Positions 24,780-36,546 of a DNA stretch of 40,775 nt are shown in pieces (the first letter of the stretch is position 1; the number at the start of each line of letters is the position of its first letter). The DNA lies in contig FLMG01002572.1 in assembly GCA_900088475.1 (NCBI GenBank), forward strand, positions 1 to 40,775, in the 5' to 3' direction. The translations under genes and the position numbers were made by a program. Under the pieces are notes generated by a model. It saw nothing but the letters and a program-made list of their open reading frames with translations. It was not told the origin of the DNA and made no database searches. This DNA is from Hyphochytrium catenoides. Lineage: Eukaryota > Protista > Hyphochytriomycota.

Positions 24780-27435
24780 ATGGATGGGGTTGATAGCCCG
24801 TTGAATCCAGGCACTTCGCTGCCAATGAAACAAAATAAGATGAGGCGAAAGCTGAAGGATATGGGCTTATTCTATAAGCCCACAGATAGAAGTAAACGGC
24901 ACTGTCGAAAGCGTGGACGAGCGGCTGGCGATTCATCCAAAGAGCCCAATAAAGCCAGCTATGCTTTATTCGGCGGTAACATCTTGTCACCTTATTGCTG
25001 CTGTGTAAGTTAGGCACCTTATTGACGTTGTACTAGGTCTTCGCTACGCCGCTCCCTACAGCTACGAGTTCAAAACTAGCGCGAAGCAGCGCTGGTATGG
25101 CAAAAAGCTGCTGGAGGTCTTTGTGACCGAGTTCGGGGCTAACGATCGGGCTTACTATGTGAGTGTTTACTGGAGCTTCAGGTGCAGGCAGGCTGTGAAT
25201 TATGTATTAGTAGATGCGCATCAGATTCCCTCCTGAGTCCATCTTGGTTTCTGTTATGCGACGTAAAGCAACCGAATTCACGAGCCTCTGTTCGCGTAAG
25301 GGTAGGAGAAAGCCTTGGAAGACGGGCGAATAACAGTCAATGGGGCTCCAGTAGACGTGGATTACATTGTTAAAAACGGAGACTCAGTCAGTCACAAGGT
25401 AGGGTGCACGAAGGTGCTTCACTATCTCTGGGGCGTCACAAGCTGCTAATTAGTTTGGACATCGCCCTAGATGGCCGACCCGCCGCTGAATATCCTTTCG
25501 TGTAGTCTTCACGCCTTCTAATGTCCCTTGCCCTTCCTTACCAAGACACACAGGCATGAACCGCCCATAGCTGGTGACGATATTAATGTTTTCTATGACG
25601 ATAATGATGTGGTAGGTGCCAACCTGGCCTCCTTGGGACTTCTGCATAGCTCCAAAAACAAATTTGCACATCGCAGGACTAGATCTGGTGAGGTGGTAAG
25701 CTGACCGATTTGTCTGTCACTTGCAGCTCGTTGTAAGCAAGCCACCATCTATGCCTACGCATCCATCAGGGCCCTTCAGGCACAACTCCTTGGTGAGCGT
25801 TAGGCCAACTTCGAAAGCCCAAAGTGAAGGGGAACTGAGTGGAGGAAGAACTGAGATTTGGTCTCTCCGTTTCTTTGCAGGCTTATATACTAGCTAACGA
25901 ACGCCCTCATGAGACACTCCACGTGGTCCATCGCTTAGATAGATTGACTTCTGGTAGGAGACATGGTCGCACAGACGTCGCATAGACTTAAGCCCTGTAC
26001 TCCCAATATTGGTGCGCCCTGACCTCAGACATGTAGGGCTTATTCTCCTGGCTAAGAACAAAGAAACAGCCAAGCGGCTTTCAAAGGATATTGGTAAGAT
26101 GAACATTTAGGCAGCTTCTCGGTGGAAAGAGTAGTTGGGAAAAGATACGTCAGAAAACAGCAGAGGCGGACAACCGGGCAGGCTATCCAAATCAAGCTAA
26201 CCATAAATTCTCAAAGCCTCCAGGGCGGCTCATAAACAGTATTATGCGCGCGTGAAAGGGGAATTTCCTGTCTCCCAATCTGGGTCCCCTACTTCCAGCG
26301 CTGACAATGGTGCGGATCCCAGCTGCTCTGCCATAGAAAATGCCCGGGTAAAGGTTTCCTCCAGCACTTGTGCCTGGGAAGAGGACGGATGGCTGAAAGT
26401 CTCATGCCCGTTGAGCTGTGCCTCCCAGAAGAACGGCATTTATGAATGTAATGGGGACGGAAAGGTCAGTGCTGATAGACTTGGAAATGAGCTGACACCT
26501 TCTGTAGGTCAGGGCGGCTGAACCTTATCGTCAATACAGCAACTCAAAGAACCATATGCTTCTTACTTTTTATGCCGCTAATCTTGCCTAAGTAGCTTGA
26601 AGCACTGTGGAGTCTTGTCGGACTAAACTGTATTACTTTCTTCTGTATTGTTGGCTACAGGAGTCGATCACGAGGTTCCGGCGGCTAAGCTTCAACGGAC
26701 AGACATCTCTTGTACTTTGCGAGGTAGGCCAAACGTTAGGTGCCAGGTAGTAGATATGTGGAGAAGGAAGCATAGTCCATAGCGTCACGAGACATGTCAA
26801 GGTAGATCTTGGCCTGCCGCGGAAAACCAACCAGGGTGCGACGTGCTTATAAAGAGAGCATACTGTTCAATCTAGGAGGAGAATAAAGCGAGTGCTAAGA
26901 GAGGCCGATAAAATTGAAGCAAGCAATAAGCTCTCTGTCCGCTAACATGATTCCCAACTCCTCAGCCTATCACTGGACGGACTCATCAGATTCGACTACA
27001 TCTTCAGCTACTGGGTCATCCCATCGCTAACGATCCCTGCTACGGAGGAGATATGAGATATGGCGGGAGATTGGCACCATCGACCCTAAGGCTACCACCG
27101 GGCGTCCAGTACCAGCAAGCAGCTAAGAAGGATGGAGGGAAAGAGGATGTCAAGAGTGAAGCGGAGGAACTCTTACGAGCGAATTGCCGATACTGCCTCC
27201 AGGGCGGCTTTGAGGATATGGAGGACGGCAATGAGAAAGAGCGCCAATGGCACTGCATGGAAATATGGCTCCATGCTTTCAAGTATTCGGTCCGTGGGCT
27301 TGGCTTGTTCTTCACGATATCCCTCTATCTGGACCTGCTGTTCTAACGATCTCTCTTGCTCGCTTATGTCAGGGACCTAAGTGGACGTATCAAGTCGATC
27401 CGCCATACTGGGCCGCAGATGACTTCGCTAAATGA
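24780..27435 (+). CDS. RPUSD2: RluA-family RNA pseudouridine synthase, RPUSD2/Pus8-Pus9(Rib2)-like, with S4-like N-terminal domain (11 exons)
   Basis: [66 protein letters not shown], catalytic [68 protein letters not shown]....PPYWA. Confidence 0.93.
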
Positions 27436-27526
27436 TCGAAAGTTTTACACGTACCCTACCTTTCCTAACTTTGGCATCTGTCCTACTGGTGTGAGTCTAA
27501 CCCAGCCTGGTCGGATTTGGCTTTTA

Positions 27527-28452
27527 TTAGTCATCCTTCTCCAACCGGGCCAACTCTTCCGGAGTGAGATCAGGCTGCTGGTTTCCAATTGGCACTATAT
27601 TCGTCATGACCCACCGAACGAGAAAGAAGAGGACGATAGGCAGGATCTGCATAATCAGCCTCATTGTCGAACTCATTTGTTGAGGCTCAGGCTCCTGTCC
27701 TTGCGGAGAACCCGCTGGAGGAGGCGATGATTGAGACGCTTCTTTCCGCTTCTGCTGTTGCTCTTTGCCCTTTTCTTTCCTATTCTTAACTTTCTTCATA
27801 GCGCTGCCCGTCTTCTCTTCCTCTCTTTCCCCTCTCTCTTCTAACCTGCCGGGTTCTCTGTCTTTGCTCTTGTCTTCTTGCTTGTGACTCTTTGTAGTGC
27901 TTAGTGCTCCATAGAGAGGATCCGTTTGACCAGCTAATAAAGCAGCCAGCGGCACTGGAATACCAGCTGTGGCGGAGACAGTCTGAAGCAACCTAATCTT
28001 GTCTAAAACGTTCATAACGCGATAGTCTTCTTGCCACTTCTCCGCTTCCTCATACTCTAGCCTCTTCCTCCCAGTCCAATGATCAATTGCCCGAAGTACT
28101 AAAAGTAGCAGGAGTAATGGAGGAGAAGAATGGGCGGTAGCATGTCAGGCATTCAGGGTTGCCCCCGCAAAGGTGCTAACGGTAGCTGCACAAGCTTACC
28201 TTCTGGGTGTCGAAGGTCATTTTGCAGCAAGTCATCTTCCTTGTACTTCTTTAGTAAAGCTGAGACAGCTTCAAAGTTCGCTTTCCGCTCTGCAGCCTTC
28301 TGCACTTCAGCTTCATAATAAGGCAGTAAGCGTCATTAGCCACAACCCTGAGACGGTAGAGCTTTCTGCTGCCCGAGTAAGGTGGAAGCCATAAACACGC
28401 TTCAATTACCTTCCTTATCGCGCTCTCTATCCTTTCCTGTCGACCAATCCAT
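27527..28452 (-). CDS. Hypothetical protein: helical N-terminal domain, charged linker, single C-terminal TM helix (tail-anchored-like), 3 exons
   Basis: MDWSTGKDRERDKE|AEVQKAAERKANFEAVSALLKKYKEDDLLQNDLRHPE|VLRAIDHWTGRKRL..WQEDYRVMNVLDKIR..; both introns phase 1; hydrophobic LIMQILPIVLFFLVRWVM about 24 aa before the stop. Confidence 0.75.
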
Positions 28453-29406
28453 TTTGAGGGTATGTTCCGGTTCTCATCAAAAGAAACGTCCGCCGCGGGC
28501 AGAACGAAGGGAACGGATACTCGTATGGGCTTCAAAGACTAAAGCTCTGACTCATGCTGAATCTCCCACCTCTCTCCCTCTCCCTTTCAACCAAGCTTAG
28601 CCTCTTCTACCTTCCTCTGGACTTCTTGCCCACCGCTGTCTCCACGCTGTCTCTGTGAGGGCGGAGGTGGAAGACCCAATAATCTTCACCAACTTGTAGG
28701 TGCTATCAGTGAAGGACGCTAACGGCACTCTCTGGCCTCTGACTGTTGTACGATGAAAGTGTACAACTACAGGCAGATGCCCTTCGTATTACTAATCCAG
28801 AGACGATTCCTGATCAATGAGGAAAGAGTATTCTTCATTAGGGGCTACTACTAGACCCTCTCACCTTCACCGTGGAACACTTCTTCACTCTCTTGTCCTA
28901 AACCCAGCCTATGTCTCTCTCACATTCTCACATCTCTCCCTCGATCTGTCTCTTAACTTAGCCGTCATCTCAATCTATAAGAAACTGTTATCTCTCCCTC
29001 TGTCTGTTTTGGTCCTCACTCTGTCTCTCATTGATCCCCGTTATGTTTCTTGTTTTGCGCCATCTGTATGAGAGCACAACAGGGCAGATAACCAAAACAG
29101 ACAGAGGTCATGAAGACTTGGCAATACCATGCGAAGCTTCGCATCATCGGCTCATCGGATGTGGAAGACATCTGAATCTCCAGATGTGCCACTGGGAAAG
29201 CTTCACCATATTCCGCATATTAGCGAACGCACTTGTCAGATTCCCCCATCTGGACAACTGTGCTACTCCTCGTGCCCCGCTAGTGGACGTCATTAGTGGA
29301 CAAGAGGTGTTCCTCTCCGATTACCTAAGTTTCCTACAACCTTAGAGCCGCAAAATTCTCAATCCACCCATAACTTGACAACGAAAGCGAGGGCCATCTT
29401 GGCAGC

Positions 29407-32222
29407 ATGTCCACCGCTGGTGGCGGTCCCATCGTGAGGTTGCGGATAAGGACACTCAATTCAACCAATCACACCGTAGAGGTCTCACAATCGTCAACTG
29501 TGTCAGACCTCAAGCAGCAGGTAAGAAGAGGATTTCAGGTGTTCTCTGCCTTCCTTAGACCTTTTGTTTATGTGCTTATACTTTACGTGCTCAGGTACAG
29601 CGTGCAACCGGCATCGTCATTGCACGACAGCGGCTGATATTTCAAGGCAAGGTTCTCAAGAATGATAAGAGCATTGAGTCATATGCTCTTCAAGATGGCA
29701 ACACTCTTCATCTAGTTGTCCGTCCTGAGGCCGCGACTAATAATGAGGTCTGCAGCATTTTAAGGCATCCACCTTAGACCTATCTCTCCAATGGCCATTT
29801 CTTCTTCTGTCTTTCTCTTCCTGTACAACTCTCGCAGGCGCTTGATTTGCGGAACCCAGACTGACTTGACTCTCTTTGTTCTTCCCTCACTGTATGCTCA
29901 CTGATAACCGAACCTTAGTCGGCCCAGAGCTCTAGGGAGAATGCCGCCCGCGGTGGCTCTTCTTCAAATACGCGTTGGCCGCCGTCCCAAGACACGTTCG
30001 GGTCTGAGGCCTTTTTCGTCCCCCAGGGGGTGCTAATGGGCGCTGCCATTTCAATTCCTGGCCTTGATGGACTGAACGGGCTTATCTCTAACGTCATGAA
30101 TGCGGTGCAGCAGCAGGTGCAGGGACAAGAAGCACCTCAGTTCCAGACCACTCATGTCGTAATGGGCTTTCCGGCTCGAGGGCCTGGTCCGTGGCAGGGA
30201 GAAATGCAGGAAAGACAACAGCAGTCATCGTCATCCTCTACCGCTACTCATAGAAATCGTAGAGCTTCAGACACCGCCCCTCAAAGAAACCATGCAGCAG
30301 CTCCTACTGCACCACCTACGGTGCGCAGAAGCTACCGGACTTCCAGGTCTGCTCAGCCTGCTGGACCGAACTTCGAAGCGTCAGCGGGTACCGCAGGCGA
30401 AGGGCAAGGCAGGGGAGACCCCCTATCTGGCACTATTTTGGTGGTAGAGGCGACCACTGCAGGAGACGGAGGCCCAGGGGAGCCCTTCATGGGCGCGTTA
30501 GGAGGGAGCATGAACGCGCTATTCAATCAGGCTAGAGAGGCAAGACCAACTAGGACTCCAGCTACGAGTGGCTCAGAGAGAAGAAGTCAAACATCAAGAC
30601 AGGTGCACCGTGATTCTACAGTCTTTCTCGTCGTTATTATGCCATTCACCTATATTTGAGAGTGCCTTTGCTAGCATTGAGCTCTGGTACTAAGGGTTGT
30701 CTGCCCTGAAGGGGCCATGTGTTATGCCCCTTGCAGTGAGTCGGCCTTGTAACACGTTATTATATGTAGGAAGCCGCCCAGAGGGTGATGCAGTTCAGAC
30801 AACACCTTCTTTCGATATCAAGCAGCCTATTACGGCTCAGTACAGACCTTCGCTTTCCGAACGCCTCCAGCCCTGCCAATGTAGCGCCCACCGTTGAAGC
30901 CGCTTTGCAGCAGCTGACTCCTTTACAGGAGCAAATATCTTCTGTCTCCTCATTGCTGAGGGAGATCCCGACTCTCTTCGGTCCTTCTCCTCCCTCCGCT
31001 CAACAGAACGCGAGGCCACCTAGCCATACCGCAAGAGCTAATAACCAGCCAGCAAGGGTAAACCCTACGTCTAGAGAAGGTCAGCAGACGACAAGACAGA
31101 GTGAAGGAGGGGAAAGGGTAAGGTCCTTGGAGGAGATTGCCCATTCCTCCCTACCTCGCGTTTGGGGTACAGGGCTACCGGAGAGAGTAGAAAACCTACT
31201 GCGTACGATGGGCTTCCCGGTCCCTTCTGTTGCGACGTCTGTTCCAACGTCAAGAGCTCCCTCCTCATCGCAGAGCGGAGGCACAAGGGGTGCCTCGTCC
31301 TCCTCACAATCATCTGGCGTGAGCACAAATACCCAGACGACATTGAGAGACGAAGGGCCAGGGGGCACTCGTGTCGTGATAATCAACTCGTCGCTACGGA
31401 GGCAGATGTTTCGCCTCTTAGAAGGCCTGGTACAGAGATCGGGCATAGACTTCATGCGAAACCTTCTCTCAGGGCAATGGAGAGGGCTCGACGAGCCTCT
31501 TAGGTGGTTGCAGAGGGAGATGGTGACGGGTATTGAATCTCTACCTCGCCTGACGGGACAGAATGCTCCAATATGGGCATCTGTTATCCTGGAGATATTA
31601 AGAGAGAGTCTAAGAAGTCACAGCGTTCCTGATCAGCTGAGGGCGGCATTGGGCGAAGAGAGGGCCAGGTGAGAAGAATGGAGGTGTCGTCATCTATGGC
31701 TCCTGGGTGGCTTTTCCGCAAGCTCCTGTCTCTGGGTCTTCCATAATCTTTTTGCTGGACCCTCTTATGTTCTGTTTGCAGAACATGCCATTAAGCGCTG
31801 ACCGCTGCTTTCCTTTACTGCCTGTCTGTCGCTTACCCTTCCCTTGTGCGCACTTATTCTCTTCAATCAGGCTTCTCATTACGGATGCTTTTCTGCCGGT
31901 CACACCCGCTGTGAGGCAATTTGTGGAATGGCTGTCAGCCCTTCCAGAAGCTAGGGAGGGGCAGGGAGACTGGCTACCAGACGATGAGATGGAGAAGTTG
32001 GCCAGGATCCTACACTCTTGTCTGTCAGGCGTTCGCTCTGTTATTCTACGACAAAACTTCCCACATTCAGCGGAGCTCCTCAGCGTCTTTATTGCTCACA
32101 TTTACCCTGCCATGGCGTGCAACGGCCGAAGTCGGGAGCTGGCCGATTTCCTCCTGCAAGACCATGGCTCCATTGACCGGGTTGTTCATCAGAGTGCAGC
32201 TAAGAGGAGGAGGACTGAATGA
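29407..32222 (+). CDS. Ubiquitin-like-domain protein resembling BAG6/Scythe (N-terminal UBL, long Ser/Pro/Gln-rich region, C-terminal basic NLS), 5 exons
   Basis: UBL: LRIRTLNSTNHTVEV....TVSDLKQQV....GI....QRLIFQGKVLKNDKSIESY.LQDGNTLHLVVRP (no terminal GG); downstream exons ~29919-30602, ~30770-31668, ~31871-32222 are in phase; ends AAKRRRTE*. Confidence 0.8.
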
Positions 32223-33204
32223 TGGTCTTCCAAATCGAGGACTACTTTTGCTAAGGGCCACACGGGCCGGAAGACCGATGGCGTTTTTGCTACTTAGAAC
32301 GATTCATCAGCCAAGACAGAGATAGTGTGACAGGCTCGGACCGTCGCAGACCGTCCGTTGGGGTTGAAGCCTTCACACGAAGTCACTCTCTTTCATCGTC
32401 CCCTCTGCACTATCCCTTCCTAGCTCTGCTCCTGTATACCAAGGTCAGCTTGCTGCTGGGTCTCGCCCATCTTCCTCCCCCCTTTCTTCACTATCATCTT
32501 TCCCCAGCCACGTCACGCTCACAGAGCTCTGCCCTTTGGACTCACATGCGTTTTCCTTCACTCTTGCGGTCAACAGTGCGGCAGACCATCCGCAGCTCCA
32601 TCGGCACAGTTCCTTGTCCTGATTATTGATCATTATCTGTAATATGAGAGTCATACACTGCCTATATTGGTAATTTCAACTGCGTTATTGAGAATCATAA
32701 TCGTAACGAACCCCAAATCTTTCTTAGAAAGAGCCGCTAACCGCTCAGAGTGATCCATGACTTCTCGTCATCATCGGCCCACGCCCGTCCGGAAGTGAAG
32801 AAAATGATGGAACTGATCTTCGTCTGTCTGTCTATCTGGGGGTCTGGGAGCTTCCCTCGCTCTGTGCTCTTGACAAAGGCTTGGCTGAGTGTCTGATGCC
32901 GTTTATCTGTTCCTCTGTGTGACAAGAGCGAATCTCTCAGCATATCGCTAACAGGAGCAGGCAAGCAGGATCTGCATTTGTCAAGGAAAGGATCTTCGTT
33001 TGTGGCCCCATCAGAACGAGTTGGAGACTACTGTCGCAGGCATATCATGCAGGCAACGAAGAGACTTCTTATCAGAGGCGATGCTGGCCGTCAGGTGCAT
33101 CTACATCCTTCCCAAGATATACACTTGAAATGTTGGAAAAAGTGGCTGACTGTCGCTATCTGCTTGCCTTTTATCATCTTCTGGGCAAATGCCTCTTCTG
33201 GGCA

Positions 33205-36200
33205 ATGCCTCTTCGCGGGTGTGAACGCGTCCCCTTCGCCCGTCGCTATCCCCAGCGGTTCGCAGCCTTTCGGCCTAGGTTTATCTCCTCTACCACTCGG
33301 CTGCTGGGTGTCAAGGAAGACTTCGATGCCAGCGTGGCGTCGCTTCAGAGCTTGCCCCAAGTCGACAATCAGGTCACACCCTGCTCCTACCTCTAGACCT
33401 TACCTCTCAAGCTTGTGTCCCGCTCTGCTTTGGACTCTCACTCGCTTTACTGAGTATCTTACCTCGTCGTTTCTCCCTGGAAGGATTCTCTTCTAACACT
33501 ACTGATGCCTGCCCGCCAGCCTTACCTGTGCTCCTTCGTCCTCCTAAAAACGGTGTCCTCCTGTCTTCTCCCTCACAGGTGAAGCTCAAGCTGTATGCTT
33601 TATACAAGCAGAGCACTGAGGGCGCGTGCAATACGAAGAAACCTGGAGCCTTTGACTTTGTGGTAGGAGTTGGAGGCCGCAGGGATACTCTCAGGACTCC
33701 TTGCGATAATCCTTCTGGCGTAACTCCATTGGGAGGGTTCCTATCTTATGTCCCTTGTCCTGTCTCCCTCTGCCACCCTCTCTCTTTACTCCTGCAAGCT
33801 TTCAGACGGCCATTCAAGACAAGCGCCTTCTTTCCTCATCTTCATCCATCTTCTACTCTGGCGTACAACGCTATCGGGCTGCTTTTCGGCCCTGACCTAG
33901 CGTCTGTTTCATCTTAGTCCTTCCTTTTTCTTAATTAATTTGCTATGGTCCTTTCCACCTCGTAGGGTAAGGCAAAATGGGAAGCATGGATGAACCACTC
34001 AGACCTATCGAAAGAGGATGCAATGAAGAGGTAAGTTGGAAGCTCTGATGCCGCTTGCCTTTCTGCCAATGATCCGTTCCTGCTTGTGGGTACCTCTTTG
34101 TCAGCCGTGATGACCCCGGTCTGAGATCAAGCTAGCTTAACTTTCTATTTCGCGTCTGTCCTATCCAGATATACCCACCTCGTGAGCACACTCTTGCCCA
34201 AGAAGGCTGAAGGAGGAGCGGGAGGCTCGGCTGCAGCCACAGACGACTTGATCATTGCAAATAAGTAAGAAATTTGCCAGCACAGTGGTTGTATTCCTTT
34301 CCTCTCTACATAATCTCCCCTGTCCCGGATCTCCAAACAATCACCACGTAAAGACGACAATGTATCCCTTGCCTCTTTGCTCCTACCACTGTTTGATATG
34401 TTTCTGCTTCCCTTTCTGCGGTAACGCCTTGATACTTCCATTTAACATTGGACTTTGTCGCTAGGGACGGTATCTTGAGTATGAGGTTAAATCGTCCAAA
34501 GAAGATGAACTCTCTTACAATCGAAATGTATGAGAAGATCACAACGACGCTGAATGCAGCTGCTGATGATGAAAGCGTCCGCATCGCAGTTTTGGCGGGC
34601 TCAGGAGCTTACTACTCCAGTCAGTCAATACTGTCTAAGTCTCCCTCCCTATCTACCCTCTGTGGCCGATGTGCTCTCATTCGTTTTTCTCTGAACCAAG
34701 CTCAGTTTCGCTCCTAAGTTCATCTCTTCCCTGCCGAGCATATCCTCTGTGCCCCAATCTGCTTACACTCTGCTGTCACACTCTGCTTTCCCTTTTCTCT
34801 CGTTATACAAATACAATTACACATCCAGCTTGCTTACCTTAGAACTGTTGACGGATCGACCGCCTTTTTGTCCTGAGTGTTCTGACTTGCTCCTTCTGTG
34901 GCTTACACAGACCATGATATGTCTGCCGCTCTTTCTTCCCCAGTTTCACCTTGACCTGCACTTTATCTAATTCCGGGGCCTTTCTAACTCCGTCCACCTC
35001 CGTTCCTGACTTACTCTCGTCATGTTTCTGCCCTATTCGACTCAGGCGGGACTGATCTCTCTGCCTTCGTTGGCCCGAACCCCCCTCCTCTGGATTCTGC
35101 CATCGATGTTATGATTCGCTATGTCGACAGCTTCATTAATTTTCCCAAGCCCCTGGTGGCGGCTGTTAATGGCCCGGCTCTCGGCATCTCAGGTACTGCC
35201 TCCCGCCGTTCCTGCAAGCCGTGGCGTTAACTGTCGACAACGTGGCTCCATAGTATTTTGATTACACTGTCTGCGGCCTCTGCAGGGCGTTGTAATTCTG
35301 CAAAACTATTCTGCTCCTCGGCTCTCATAATGTGATGGTTTGCCTTTTTCTGCACCGCTTCCCCTTTGCTACCTCTCACTCAAACTTGCTTGGCTCCAGT
35401 GACCACGCTTGGCCTCTGTGACTTCGTCTATGCGAGTTCCAGAGCTACATTTCAGACGCCATTCGCGGCCACCGGGCAGAGCCCAGAGGTAAGTCCAGAA
35501 GCCAAGCCTTTACCATCCGCATTAGGGAGGGATGGACGGCGAAGAGAAGGAGAGAAACGTGATTAGAACGAACAATTTGCCCAAGAGACGCGCTCTTTGC
35601 TGATGAGAGCAGGAACAACAGACTAAACTTGACCATATGGACTACACAGACCCGTAAACGCTGCTAATCAGAGTGTTTTAGGGCTGTTCTAGCTTGACTT
35701 TTCCAGAGCTGATGGGTCGGCAAAGGGCCAGTGAGATGCTCCTCTTAGGCCGAAAGTTTACCGCTGAACAGGTAATAACCTCTGGTGGTCCTCCTGCTTT
35801 TATACTTAAGACTGCAGAGAAACATTACGGCCCTTCTTTGGCTGAAAGTGCTTCTCCTTCTTCTCTAGGCTGCCGGTGCAGGGCTTGTATCACGGGTTTT
35901 CCCTCACGAAAGCTTTGACGAGGAGGTTCAAGGAGTCGTCAGGTAGGAAGATAACTAGGATTGGAAGGGAATAGTGGCACTTCCCAACTGGCAGGCCCCC
36001 ATGGCTTCACACTTGCTGCAGAAGCCATTATAGATGGGCACTAATGGGCAATACTCTCTCTCCCTCTTCTCTCGCTCTTCTCTCTCCTCTGAATTAGGAC
36101 TCTTGTCTCCCTCCCGCCCAGGGCGCTTCAAGCCGCGAAGCGACTAGTTTCTGAGAGGCGGATAGAAGAGTTAAAGGAGGTGAATAGAAGAGAGGCGCAG

Positions 36201-36287
36201 GTACTCAGGGGCCGATGGGAAGACAAGGAATATAAAGACGCGGTCCAGGCATTTTTGGCGAGAGCGAAAGGAAAAGCGAAGGCCTAG
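33205..36287 (+). CDS. ECI2: Enoyl-CoA delta isomerase 2 (ACBP domain + crotonase domain) with Arg-rich mitochondrial-type presequence, 10 exons
   Basis: ACBP: KLKLYALYKQSTEG.CNTKKPGAFDFVGKAKWEAW...DLSKEDAMKRY; crotonase: [58 protein letters not shown]...GQSPEGCSS.TFP.LMG...ASEMLLLGRK. An in-frame upstream ATG at 33130 is an alternative start. Confidence 0.93.
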
Positions 36288-36381
36288 ACGGGAGGACATG
36301 AGGGACAAGAGAGCTGGATCTGGAAAAACAGCTGTCAGTAGCTTGTCCTATTTCACACAGAGCGGGGAAGAAAGACTGAGA

Positions 36382-36384
<3 letters not shown>

Positions 36385-36416
<32 letters not shown>
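36385..36416. repeat. (GA)n microsatellite between convergent 3' ends
   Basis: Directly visible. Confidence 0.95.
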
Positions 36417-36420
<4 letters not shown>

Positions 36421-36546
36421 AGGCGGGGTCGACAATGAGCAGCCTTGGATCTTTCCCGCCCTTCTAGGGTTAACACCATATCCAAACACCTGGAGCCCGT
36501 CTAATGCATTAATAAGTAGATCATGAGGACGCGGTCCACGGGGCGT

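Noticed and set aside
32219-32280. ATGA..GGTCTTCC-AAA..GGAAGACC-GA hairpin resembling a SECIS element
   Set aside because: The TGA is the gene's own stop codon, the stem is only 8 bp and out of register with the GA quartet, and no in-frame Sec codon exists in any model
14118-36287. Possible lipid/CoA gene cluster (PPCS-lipase plus ACBP-ECI2)
   Set aside because: About 14 kb apart with four unrelated genes between them; chance proximity suffices
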